This document shows positions 26,142 to 36,400 of a stretch of 64,000 nucleotides of DNA, piece by piece (the first letter of the stretch is position 1; each line of letters starts with the position of its first letter). Both the position numbers and the translations under genes were made by a program. The notes below the pieces were generated by a model, which saw nothing but the letters and a program-made list of their open reading frames with translations, was not told where the DNA came from and made no database searches. Source of the stretch: a virus (Duplodnaviria; Caudoviricetes); the IMG/VR virus record IMGVR_UViG_3300035208_003115; one strand, 5' to 3'.

Positions 26142-26561
26142 CTATTTAGATATTTGGCTGATTACTTCCATCACTTTTTCTGGGGAGATAAAGGCATCGG
26201 GGTTGTACGGTTCAGATTCCCACGTATCAAATTGATTCTTCCGCATATACATTCTACCCTTAATTAGATTGATATTCTCCTTGTGACCAAAAATAAGAGG
26301 ATCAGATGTCCCCCATAATACTATAGCTTTTACTTTAATATCCCAGCAAAAGTGTTGAAGAAAACTGTCACAACATATTACGTGTTTGGCTTCTTTAAGT
26401 AGCTTCTCCAGTTTATCTAGGGGCTCCTTGACTACTTCAACGACTTCGTAGTCCACAGAGAGAAGCTTGAATAGCTCCTCCCAGTAAGGGTATTCCTTAG
26501 CGCTATGATTTCCATTGCGCAGTGGCCGGACGCCCCTTGAGTAGACTACTAGAGGCTTCAT
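26142..26561 (-). CDS. GT9 C-terminal lobe (split glycosyltransferase)
   Basis: AKEYPYWEEL, VICCDSFLQH, AIVLWGTSDP. Confidence 0.75.
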   Translation of the reverse strand: MKPLVVYSRGVRPLRNGNHSAKEYPYWEELFKLLSVDYEVVEVVKEPLDKLEKLLKEAKHVICCDSFLQHFCWDIKVKAIVLWGTSDPLIFGHKENINLIKGRMYMRKNQFDTWESEPYNPDAFISPEKVMEVISQISK

Positions 26562-27556
26562 ATTTCTACCCCATAGAGTTCAGCATATGCGTACTTGATT
26601 TCTTTGTCTTTCCATCCCTTATCAATGCAGTATTTAAATATATTATGTCTATCGGGGTTACACAGCTTTTGACCTTCAGCGAGACTTATACAATTCTCTC
26701 CCGGGAATAGTTCCGGATAGCATACGGCCAATACTACGTCCTTATACTTTTCTTTTATCTTAGGCAGTATTGATCGGAAAACTATATGGTCTCCCATCCC
26801 CGAGTCTAGATAACAAATCTTGTGTCCTTCGTATTCTCGGAGTGTTTCCCTATAGGCTATTTCGTCTCGGTCCCAATCTTCTTTCTGTCCGGAAGCTCTA
26901 ATCCCTCCCGTAGAAGCTCTGAAGTGATATGTGACAGCCGCTGGATCAACTATCAGCTTATACCCCTTTCTATATATCCCATAGGTGTGAAGGGTCTCTT
27001 CCCGGTGAGCGACGCAGCTTAAGCTAAGATCGAACTCTTGTATTCCTTTACGATAGAGATATGAACTATATAAATGTTCTACTTCTTTAATATCTGAATT
27101 GGGCCAATAGAACCATTGGCAATTACCATTATCAATATTTTTAATTGTATTAGGAGGAAAGTCTTGTTTGATTGTCCCCGGCGGTATAACTAGTCCGGCT
27201 ACAGCACCAACGCCATTCAGCATACGTAACTCTAGTATTTGGAGAACGGTAGGTTCAGCTACCTCGTCATCATCTATTCTCCATACGAGGTCAGTTGCCT
27301 TATCCTGAATCATCTGGTGGCCCCAGTGTTGACCACGGCCCAACCCATAGATAACTTCGAACTCAATTCGCTTAGTGTTGATTAAATCAAATAGATGCTG
27401 ATAGATGGGAGTCTCTCGCATCTCTATACGCGTGGACGAATCGTCATAGATGATGATTTTATCTGGTGTTCGAGTCTGGTTAATGACAGACATTAAAGCC
27501 ATGGGAAGTTGGTCATATCTATCTTTAGTACAGATGTCTACAGTTATATGCGCCAT
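26558..27556 (-). CDS. GT2 glycosyltransferase fused to GT9-like N-terminal lobe
   Basis: ICTKDR, NQT..PD, YDDS, RIDDD, HREET; C-terminal SGMGDHIVF..ILPKIKEKY. Confidence 0.85.
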   Translation of the reverse strand: MAHITVDICTKDRYDQLPMALMSVINQTRTPDKIIIYDDSSTRIEMRETPIYQHLFDLINTKRIEFEVIYGLGRGQHWGHQMIQDKATDLVWRIDDDEVAEPTVLQILELRMLNGVGAVAGLVIPPGTIKQDFPPNTIKNIDNGNCQWFYWPNSDIKEVEHLYSSYLYRKGIQEFDLSLSCVAHREETLHTYGIYRKGYKLIVDPAAVTYHFRASTGGIRASGQKEDWDRDEIAYRETLREYEGHKICYLDSGMGDHIVFRSILPKIKEKYKDVVLAVCYPELFPGENCISLAEGQKLCNPDRHNIFKYCIDKGWKDKEIKYAYAELYGVEI

Positions 27557-29709
27557 TAGTTGTCCTTGTAGACATAATCGCTATACTTCGTTTCTAGATT
27601 GTCGAAGATAAAGCGAGGAACTGATTCTTCCGTTATTGCCACGAACTGATACTCTATCGGCCTATCATAAAGATCTTTGCCAGCTTTGACTATTTCCTGT
27701 ATCCTATTCCTATCTTTGAACTTGTCTAGATTAAGATCTTGGTGGGCTGTAGATTCAATCTTACGAATGATTCCCTCCACTCCTCCAAAATAGGAGAAGT
27801 GCCAGCCTCCGTTAGAAAGTGTTTGTATATTTTTATCATAATCTTGAAAGTAGCGAGCATCGCAAGGGGTCATTGTTTTCATTATACCCCAAGGCAAGAT
27901 TCGAGCCCAATCCCACTTATCTTTGGCCTGGAGGTTTAGGTTATAGTAAAAAAGATCCATTGAGAATACATTAATACCAGTAGCAGGATTATACCTGCGG
28001 ACAGCATCTGCTTTTGGAATTTCGTCGGCATCACTTATTATAATAATATCCTCGTCTTTGCACCTATCGGCAAGAGCGGTTTTAAGGTGATCTCTTTGCC
28101 GACGTTCTATATACCAGGACTTATCAGTTAAATTTTTCATCTTATCAAGTTCGGGATAATTATCTAGAACAACGTGGATGATTTTATTCAGGTATTTTTT
28201 AAATCGCTCTTCATTAAGTTTAAAGTATAGAGGCTTAGGAATAACTCCGTGAGTTAGTGTAGCTTCACAAATGACGAAGTAGTCTACTACATCCCATAAC
28301 TCTTCTAGCCTTGCTTCTAGAAGATCGAATTCATTATAAAATGGGAAACAATCGTATATCTTTCCCTTATTCGTAGAGATGGATTTGATATCTCTCTTAT
28401 TGCAAAACCAGATTGTTGTAAATTCTCCAACATAGAAGAGGTTGAATTTCTCCTCGACAGCCCTCTGCACTCCCTCCCATGCTCCTAAATCATGACCGCA
28501 GAAGAGGGTATCGTCTCCGACCAATCGAGACCAGGCATCTATATCTGCGCACACTCCCTCGTACGTGTGATCGGCATCTATAAAAATCATATCGGGCTTA
28601 ACGCCCTTTTCGAGCAGTAAGTCGGAAGCGTTCTTTGAGTTCATTCGTAGCGGAATGATCTTACCTTGCTGGATAAGATCTAGGTTGTTCTGCATAAACT
28701 CATAGAAGGCATGATCTCCATCTTTCCATCTAGCCGAGACATGATTGGTATCTTGCTCAATTGGTGTTCCTGCCCACGTGTCAACGCAGTAGATAACTCC
28801 GCCTTCCATTAGATTATCGCCTAGAACTCTAGAGGATTTGCCATGCCAGGAGCCTATTTCTACAATAACCTTTCTTTTCCTAGCTTCTTTGCCGAGCCAG
28901 TATAACTCTCCGTCATTCATAAAGCCGTCGCATTGGGACGCCCGGGATATATCAACCGGATTATAGCGTTGTTTTAGTATCGCATCATTGCGAGCCATTA
29001 GTTCGGCCCATCCTGGATGGTTCTTAAATGTTTCATTGCCAGCATGATACATCGGATAATCACTAACCATGCGTTTCTGATTTTGATCTAAATATTCAAA
29101 TGCCGTTGGGAGAGATACTGTTTTGAAGCCTGCGTCCTGGGCCCGAGCACAGTAGTCCACATCTTCATCGAAGCCTGGTGAGAATATTTCATCTAGATAA
29201 CCAATAGTATCAATTACCTTACGTTTAATACATGCACAGAAGAAGATTAGGAATTGACGGTTAGCCGGCGCGTTATAAGAAAGCATGGGCCCAGTGATGC
29301 CTACGGATTCATCCGTTTCAAAAGGCTTTAGTAAATCGTTGAGCCATTTATTGTGGCCCTGGCCTAGGTCGAGGATTTGCACATCATTATTAAGGGGGAT
29401 GATATACTCGCCCGTAGCTATCTTCATGCCCTCGTTGGTAGCCCTAGTATAGCCGAGTCCTTCGTCGAACCAGAGTAGTTTGAATGGAGAAGGGCTTATA
29501 GCGTGTCCAGAGTCATCGGGGTCATCGATGCCCCGTAACCGATATTCTAGACTCTCAACATATTCTCGGGTGTTATCAGTGCAACCATTGGCGACAATAA
29601 TTACTTCGACATCGGTAAGGTCTGTATATTTTATGATGGATTCTAAGCAGGGCTTAAGTAGATCTGAGCAGTGGTTAAAACTAGGAATCACTATGCTAAT
29701 TTTTGGCAT
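27556..29709 (-). CDS. GT2 - methyltransferase - GT17 tri-domain protein
   Basis: ISIVIPSFN..LNND..EDVD; VEIGSWHGKS..FIDADH.Y..GHD; YDCF.FYNE.DLLE.RL.EL...SDADEIP...GGWHFSY. Start re-called to MPKISIV (29709). Confidence 0.9.
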   Translation of the reverse strand: MPKISIVIPSFNHCSDLLKPCLESIIKYTDLTDVEVIIVANGCTDNTREYVESLEYRLRGIDDPDDSGHAISPSPFKLLWFDEGLGYTRATNEGMKIATGEYIIPLNNDVQILDLGQGHNKWLNDLLKPFETDESVGITGPMLSYNAPANRQFLIFFCACIKRKVIDTIGYLDEIFSPGFDEDVDYCARAQDAGFKTVSLPTAFEYLDQNQKRMVSDYPMYHAGNETFKNHPGWAELMARNDAILKQRYNPVDISRASQCDGFMNDGELYWLGKEARKRKVIVEIGSWHGKSSRVLGDNLMEGGVIYCVDTWAGTPIEQDTNHVSARWKDGDHAFYEFMQNNLDLIQQGKIIPLRMNSKNASDLLLEKGVKPDMIFIDADHTYEGVCADIDAWSRLVGDDTLFCGHDLGAWEGVQRAVEEKFNLFYVGEFTTIWFCNKRDIKSISTNKGKIYDCFPFYNEFDLLEARLEELWDVVDYFVICEATLTHGVIPKPLYFKLNEERFKKYLNKIIHVVLDNYPELDKMKNLTDKSWYIERRQRDHLKTALADRCKDEDIIIISDADEIPKADAVRRYNPATGINVFSMDLFYYNLNLQAKDKWDWARILPWGIMKTMTPCDARYFQDYDKNIQTLSNGGWHFSYFGGVEGIIRKIESTAHQDLNLDKFKDRNRIQEIVKAGKDLYDRPIEYQFVAITEESVPRFIFDNLETKYSDYVYKDN

Positions 29710-30238
29710 AATAGAAGTATACCTTTCTAACCCAAAGTTTAAATGCTTCTTGAGTCCTTGAGCCCTTTGCCCAGTTGCAACTGCCACAACATGCCACAAC
29801 ATTTCCGACTATATATCCTTTAGAGCTATCTATTCTATCAATACCGCTACCAATAAATGTGCCGTTTTTGATGCTATTCTTATAGATATTGCTAGGAGGT
29901 TGATTACAATAGAAGCAGTTTTGAGAGACTAGTGCTCTAAAATCACTCTTTGTTAGTGAGAACTCTATTCCTCTTGTTCGTGCAGCGCACTTAATCTTGC
30001 TCAAGGCCTGATTAAAGGCTGCTTCTCCTAAAGGAAGTTTTCTATTAGAACCTTCGTATTTCAAACACCCACACGACTTGGTATGGCCTCTATTTATCTC
30101 GTGCGAATTGGTTATTCTTATTTTTCCACAGTCGCACTTACACTCCCATAAAGCAAAGCCATTATAATTTCCTGGTAGTCTTTTGACTATTGTTAATTTA
30201 GAGATCTTACGTCCAGTCAGGTCTTTGAATCTAGGCAT
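29696..30238 (-). mobile_element. Free-standing HNH homing endonuclease gene
   Basis: DLTG...LT...W.C.CDCG...SCGC N-domain; CFYC..GIDRIDSSKGY..GNVV.CC..CN.AK nuclease domain; flanked by duplicated target-gene starts. Confidence 0.85.
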
Positions 30239-30240
30239 GT

Positions 30241-30297
30241 TTAGGATCTTACCGGACAGTGATTATAGGTGGGAATGACAATAGAGCATTTGGGCAA
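30241..30297 (-). pseudogene. Remnant original 5' end of the GT2 gene (18-aa mini-ORF)
   Basis: GGAGG-N7-TTG, MPKCSIVIPTYNHCPVRS*, versus current MPKISIVIPSFNHCSDLL. Confidence 0.8.
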
Positions 30298-30458
30298 GAC
30301 GATTCCTCCCCCCGCATAGATAAAGCATATAGACAAATTGATACAATATTTATGTAGGGTTAAATCTATATAATTATAGTGCAACTATTAGGCTTATTTC
30401 CGATACTGTAGTTACTACATACGCCAGAAGTTGAGTAGATCGAATGGTCATTTATCCC

Positions 30459-33400
30459 TTAGTACGAATACCTTACCTCCATTCCCCCAATGTATAGTGA
30501 TTTGGCTGAATCCGCCAGTGTTCTAACCATCGCCGATAGCCCCCAATCCACGTCGTTACTTGGGTAGGTAGCTGTTACTCTCGTAGGGGTTCCATCGTCC
30601 AGTCTGAACCATACACTGCTCCCCGGATGTATGTCTTTAACTATCTCTAGTCTGTGCTCTCCCGTGTCTATGGCTACGCCCGTATCAGTTACTGTAGGAG
30701 ATCCTGTCGCGTTATCGTTAACAAATTTAAAATTAGAATCGCTGGCCGATGTGTCAGCCCTCAACGCCATGTAATCTAATGAAGGCGTTGCGCTCGCCAT
30801 TGGCGTACTTGGAAACATCCCTGCCCAAAATCTTATGTTTGTCGTGCTACCGAGCTTGAACTTAATCGCAACCCTCCACGTGTAGGATGAATTGCAGGAA
30901 TCAAATCCTGTTTCGTAACTTCCTGCATCGTCATTAGTCGTTGCTGGCGTAGTATATAGCACGAAAGATCCCTCGGACGCCGAGTTAGCTTGCCCCACTG
31001 AGTTAACGTCTGTTAAGTCTACACCCGACGGTACCATGGCTCCGTTACTCGGATTCGCAAACCAAGCTTGAAACCCGCCCAGACCTCCTGAAGCCGTCCC
31101 CACACCTTGCCCCGGGAAAAATGCTTTATTTTGCCGTGGGGTTGCTTCTTTAGCATAAACATTCTCTGGAAGCTTAGCCGTCATGGAGCAATTCCCCATG
31201 GTAACTATTTGGCCTCCATTACCCGTTATAGCATACTCCGCTGAACCCGTTAAAAATACGCAGCTTATCATAACTCCCGTACTTCCTGTATAGCCCACGC
31301 ATCTGTCTGAACTGCTGCTTGCTACGAAGTTGCATCCATAGGCCGAGCCATTTCCCCAAATATTGACGCACGACCCGCTACTTCCAGACTGCTCTATCGT
31401 GCAAGAAGCAAAAAATCCGCCATTTACCGCGTTTATAGGAACTCCCCCGTTATAAGTATGGTCTGACTTTATATACGAGTTAATGAATGTGCCGCCGTTT
31501 ATGTTAATAAACGTGTAGCTTTTTGACCAGAACTCGCAACCTTCTATATAACAGCCTGAATTCGCAGCATTTGCCGCGTACGATCCTCCTGCCCCTCCGT
31601 CTACTGTACAATTCTTCATAAACCCGTATATATCGTTTATCATGCGCCCGTCGTACCAATGCATCGTTGTCGAGTGCAAATAGCAGTTAAACATTTTTCC
31701 GTACATGTTCACCATCATGTACTGAGCATGCTCTGCGGATGTTGAGGAAATATCGCAATCCCTCAAGGTCATATTTGTTGTTACATCTCCTGTGCATCGT
31801 CTCGTAGATGTAAGTCGGCAGTGAGTTAATACTACATCCGCACATGTCGTGCAACTAAAAGCGCAATCCGTCAGTCCGGATGTCCCTGTCTGATCTATCG
31901 TTAGATTTGTAAACTTATTCTCCGCCGCAGCCTGAGTTATAGATACCGTAGGGGTAGACGAGGATGTTATTATAACATCGCCTTGTCCTCCGCCGATAAA
32001 GTCTATATACCTAGTCTCGTCCGCGCTCGTTACGGCTATCTGTTCCGCGTAAACTCCGGGCATAATAATTACTAGTCCGTGCTGAGTTGAGGACAAAGCA
32101 AATGTGGTTGTTAAATAGGTCATTGCTGCGTTAATAGTTAGGAATGGACCCGTTGGGTTTCCGTCGTTTCCGTCCTTGCACACATACGCCGTAGCAGCGA
32201 AAGATGAACCCGATCCCGCTGCTCCTGAATAACCACTGTAACCCGATGTTCCGGCGCCTGAGTAACCACTGTAACCGGAAGTTCCTGCCCCCGAGTAACC
32301 CGAATAGCCACTTACACCCGTTAACGGAACTCCCCCTATTAAAAGAGAAGTAACACTTCCGTTTCCGATAGAAACCTGATTCGACGCTGTTGCCTCTGCC
32401 CCGTAACCGATGCACGTAACGTTAGAATACTCATACTGTGGTGTTAGCGTGTGCCCTGTCCCCGACCCTGCATCGGATATCTGAACTCCGTGATAGTCAG
32501 TGCCCGCTACATTTACATAGAAAGACACCGTATTAGCGTCTACTATATATACTTGATATACTTGACCGTCCGAAAGACTGGGTATAGACGCGGTTCCTTC
32601 CGTATACTTAACTAGTTTCCAAGTATCGTTTGATCCAAAACCATGTCCAGTTATGGTTACATGACTCAGCGTTGTATTTATATCTGTATTATCAAAAGTG
32701 ACGTCCCCGGAGGTATTGGGATTAAACGAATTGTTTATTTCGTGCCCTATAAAAGTATTGTATCCTCCCTGATTATAGCTTCCCGTGTTGTTTCCTATTA
32801 GCACGTTGTTGCTGCCGCAATTTGTATATCCGGTAGAAACCCCAAGCATACTATTCGACGATCCCGTATTATTTCTTCCTACATAGGATCCAAAAAAGCT
32901 AGCGGAGCCCCCCATGCTGCTTTCGCCTGCATACGACCCTATCATTGTGGAATATCCGCCGTTGTTGTGATACCCGGCGTGAATTCCCGCTAAAACTGAA
33001 AAGTAGCCTGTATTTTCATACCCAGTAGAAGGGCCTATGTGTACTGCGGCGCCCCCTGTATTATTGTGGCCCGCGAACACTCCGAACAATGTCGGCTCAC
33101 CACCAGTATTGTTGTATCCTGTTTGGAACCCAAACATTGCAGCGTAGTGCTCTGTATTTCCGTGACCCGCTCCGCTTCCAAAGAAGCAAGACTGGTACCC
33201 GGAGTTCCCGTATGCTGCGTTGTCTCCAAATGCCGTTACCTGCGCTCCTACATTATCGTAGGCGGCTTGGTACCCCACCGCTGTGAGAAAATTCCCTTCA
33301 CTATTCATCCCAGACTGATATCCAACGGCTATGGGATAGCTCCCTTTAACATTAGAGCCTGCTCCGTTGCCAAATGAAATACCATCTGTTGGTTGCCAGC

Positions 33401-36400
33401 TGCCATCCCAATAGTGGGTTATTCTTCTTGCTATGGAGGCGCTGTCTATAGAGTCTAGAATTAGGTCTTGGTATTTGTTATAGCCCGTTGATTCTTCGGG
33501 AGAACCTAGTTCTAGACTGTGGCTTCCTAAGTTAACATCATCTGTCGCTCCAGTATATGGAACATACAAACTTAAATCCCCGGCGTAGCCAGAGTACCCA
33601 GAAATCCCGGAACCGCTATATCCAGAATATCCACTTAAGCCGGAACCGGAATAACCACTCCTGCCAGAGTAGCCAGTATAGCCGCTCTTACCCGAAATAC
33701 CCGTATAGCCTGATGCTCCTGCAATCCCGCTTGTTCCCGTATATCCCGAAGCACCTTGTGCGCCACTGGCTCCAGTATATCCTGAACGACCCGATGCGCC
33801 AGTATAACCCGATGCTCCTGCAATCCCGCTTGTTCCCGTATATCCACTGGCTCCTACGACTCCACTTGCCCCACTCCATCCAGATTTGCCACTGGCTCCG
33901 GTGTAACCACTTTGTCCTGATGCTCCACTATAACCGGATGCGCCTATGGCCCCAGATGCTCCAGTATAGCCAGACCATCCGGATGAACCACTTGCACCTG
34001 TGTAACCCGATATTCCACTAGTTCCAGTGTACCCTGATTTCCCACTAGTGCCTGATACCCCGGTGTATCCACTAGTTCCACTAACTCCAGTATAACCAGA
34101 TTTGCCAGATACTCCTGTGTAGCCAGAGAGACCACTTGTTCCCGAAGCGCCGGTGTAACCACTTGTGCCACTAGCTCCCGTGTAACCAGAGAGACCACTA
34201 GTGCCAGACGTTCCCGAAGTTCCTTGAGAGCCAACGTTTCCAGTTCGTGCGAAATATAGACGGATATTATTTAGGTTTACCGGGGCTGTTCCAAAGGCAT
34301 GTCCACTATTTACTCGTAGTCGGATGTATGTAGTATAGGCTGTTACTGCTCCCACATTAAAATAAGAGAAGTTCTGGGTCGCGGAATCTATGTCTGTAAT
34401 ATATAAGTACCCTTTTACGCTGCTGGAGCTTGCTCCCCAATTATTGAAAGCATCACGATAATTTATGCCGTCTGCTCCTACGGAATTTATATAGACATAT
34501 GTTACTGAGGCGATGTCTGCGTCGTTAAAGCGAACTGAGCCATCGTTTGAAATACCGGCACTGGTGGTAGAATCAAAGTAGGCGGGAAATCCCGTGGTAT
34601 AGCCGCTTCTGCCAGAAATACCGGTATAACCTGAAACCCCTGATCCTGAAAATCCGGATGTTCCACTTATTCCCGTGTACCCTGATAGACCTGAAGCTCC
34701 GCTAGAACCGGTATATCCGCTTGTTCCTGATGCACCAGTATGGCCAGAAGTTCCTGAGGCTCCTGAAATACCCGTATAACCCGATTTACCAGAAACACCT
34801 GTGTAGCCAGACAAACCGCTCGTACCTGATGCTCCCGTATATCCTGAAGTCCCGGAAGCACCTGTATGTCCAGACCAGCCCGACCAACCGGATGTCCCAG
34901 TATAACCTGATCGTCCTGAAGTTCCACTTGCTCCAGTGTATCCAGACTTGCCGGATACGCCACTCGTTCCGGTATATCCACTCCATCCACTGGTTCCACT
35001 GGTTCCGGTATATCCTGAAATTCCTGAGCCTGAGTGCCCAGAAGTTCCCGATGTTCCTGTAAATCCACTGAGGCCAGAAACACCCGTGTATCCACTCTGG
35101 CCGGAGGTTCCAGACACTCCCGTATATCCGGACCAGCCGGAAGTACCTGATACACCTGTATATCCTGAAGTTCCGGTGTAACCTGATTTTCCAGATACTC
35201 CAGTGTAACCAGAAATACCTGAACCAGAGAAACCACTGACTCCAGAAGTTCCTGACCATCCCGAGGTTCCACTTGCTCCAGTATAACCACTAGTTCCACT
35301 AGCCCCTGTGTATCCGCTTTCTCCGCTTGCTCCTGAAGTACCAGTATATCCCGAACGTCCACTAACCCCTGTGTATCCGCTCGTGCCTGGCTCTCCGCTT
35401 GCTCCCGATGTTCCCGTGTGTCCAGATCGACCACTGGTTCCAGATGCACCGGTGTAGCCAGACTGCCCCGAAGTGCCAGTATATCCGGATAGTCCACTTA
35501 CTCCAGTATAGCCTGAAGCTCCTGAGGCTCCAGTGTATCCACTTGCCCCCACTGCTCCGGATGCTCCCGTCCATCCTGATTTACCAGATACTCCCGTATG
35601 GCCAGAAGTACCGCTAGTTCCTGACGCTCCTGTGTAACCAGAAGTTCCTGAGGCTCCGGTATAGCCAGATGCTCCAGCTGTTCCAGATGCGCCGGTATAA
35701 CCACTCGCGCCAGCTATCCCCGATACTCCAGTATATCCTGATTGACCAGAGGTTCCGCTAATTCCTGTATAGCCCGATTTACCTGATGTTCCTGTATATC
35801 CAGATATCCCGGAACCAGAAAAACCCGATGTTCCAGATACTCCAGTATAGCCGGAGATGCCCGAGCCCGAGAAGCCACTCTTTCCAGAAACTCCAGTCCA
35901 TCCAGACGTTCCCGAAGTACCCGAAGTTCCAGTATAGCCAGACGTTCCGCTAATGCCGGTGTATCCAGACTGGCCTGATGTACCGGTATAGCCGGATGTT
36001 CCAGAAGCACCTGTGTATCCACTTCTGCCTGAGGTTCCTGTATACCCAGAACGTCCACTAACTCCAGTGTATCCCGAGCGACCAGAGACACCGGTGTAAC
36101 CACTTACGCCAGATGCGCCACTATAGCCTGAAGTTCCTAATAGCGTAGACGCTGCTGCCCAATAGCCTACTGTCCCATTACTAGCCAATACCATTCCATT
36201 ATAGCCAACGGGGGTACTAGGGACGACACTAGCCTGGGCTTGTGTTAGGTGAAAATACTCCCCCGCAGTTCCGCCCTGTAGGCCCCCTAGGTTATTGTGA
36301 GAGGTGGCGGCAGAGGTTGAGAAGGTATTAGAAAAAGCAGAATCAATAGCGATAAATGTCGGGTCACCGTTCTTAAAGGTAGACCGACCTATTAGTTTAA

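Noticed and set aside
29696-30297. Group I intron or intein around the HNH
   Set aside because: There is no non-coding room for a ribozyme core, no intein motifs, and the target N-terminus is duplicated rather than split.
30459-31100. Diversity-generating retroelement target at the fibre tip
   Set aside because: No reverse transcriptase or template/variable repeat pair seen in the window.
33557-36103. Many alternative-frame and antisense ORFs over the collagen repeats
   Set aside because: Stop-poor shadows of the GX(S/T) codon pattern, with no SD sites or domain features.
33579-36137. CRISPR-like periodicity, given two Cas4-like genes
   Set aside because: The repeats are 9-nt coding units with synonymous variation and no repeat-spacer structure. 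No cas1 or cas2 is present, and solo Cas4-like nucleases are common in phages.
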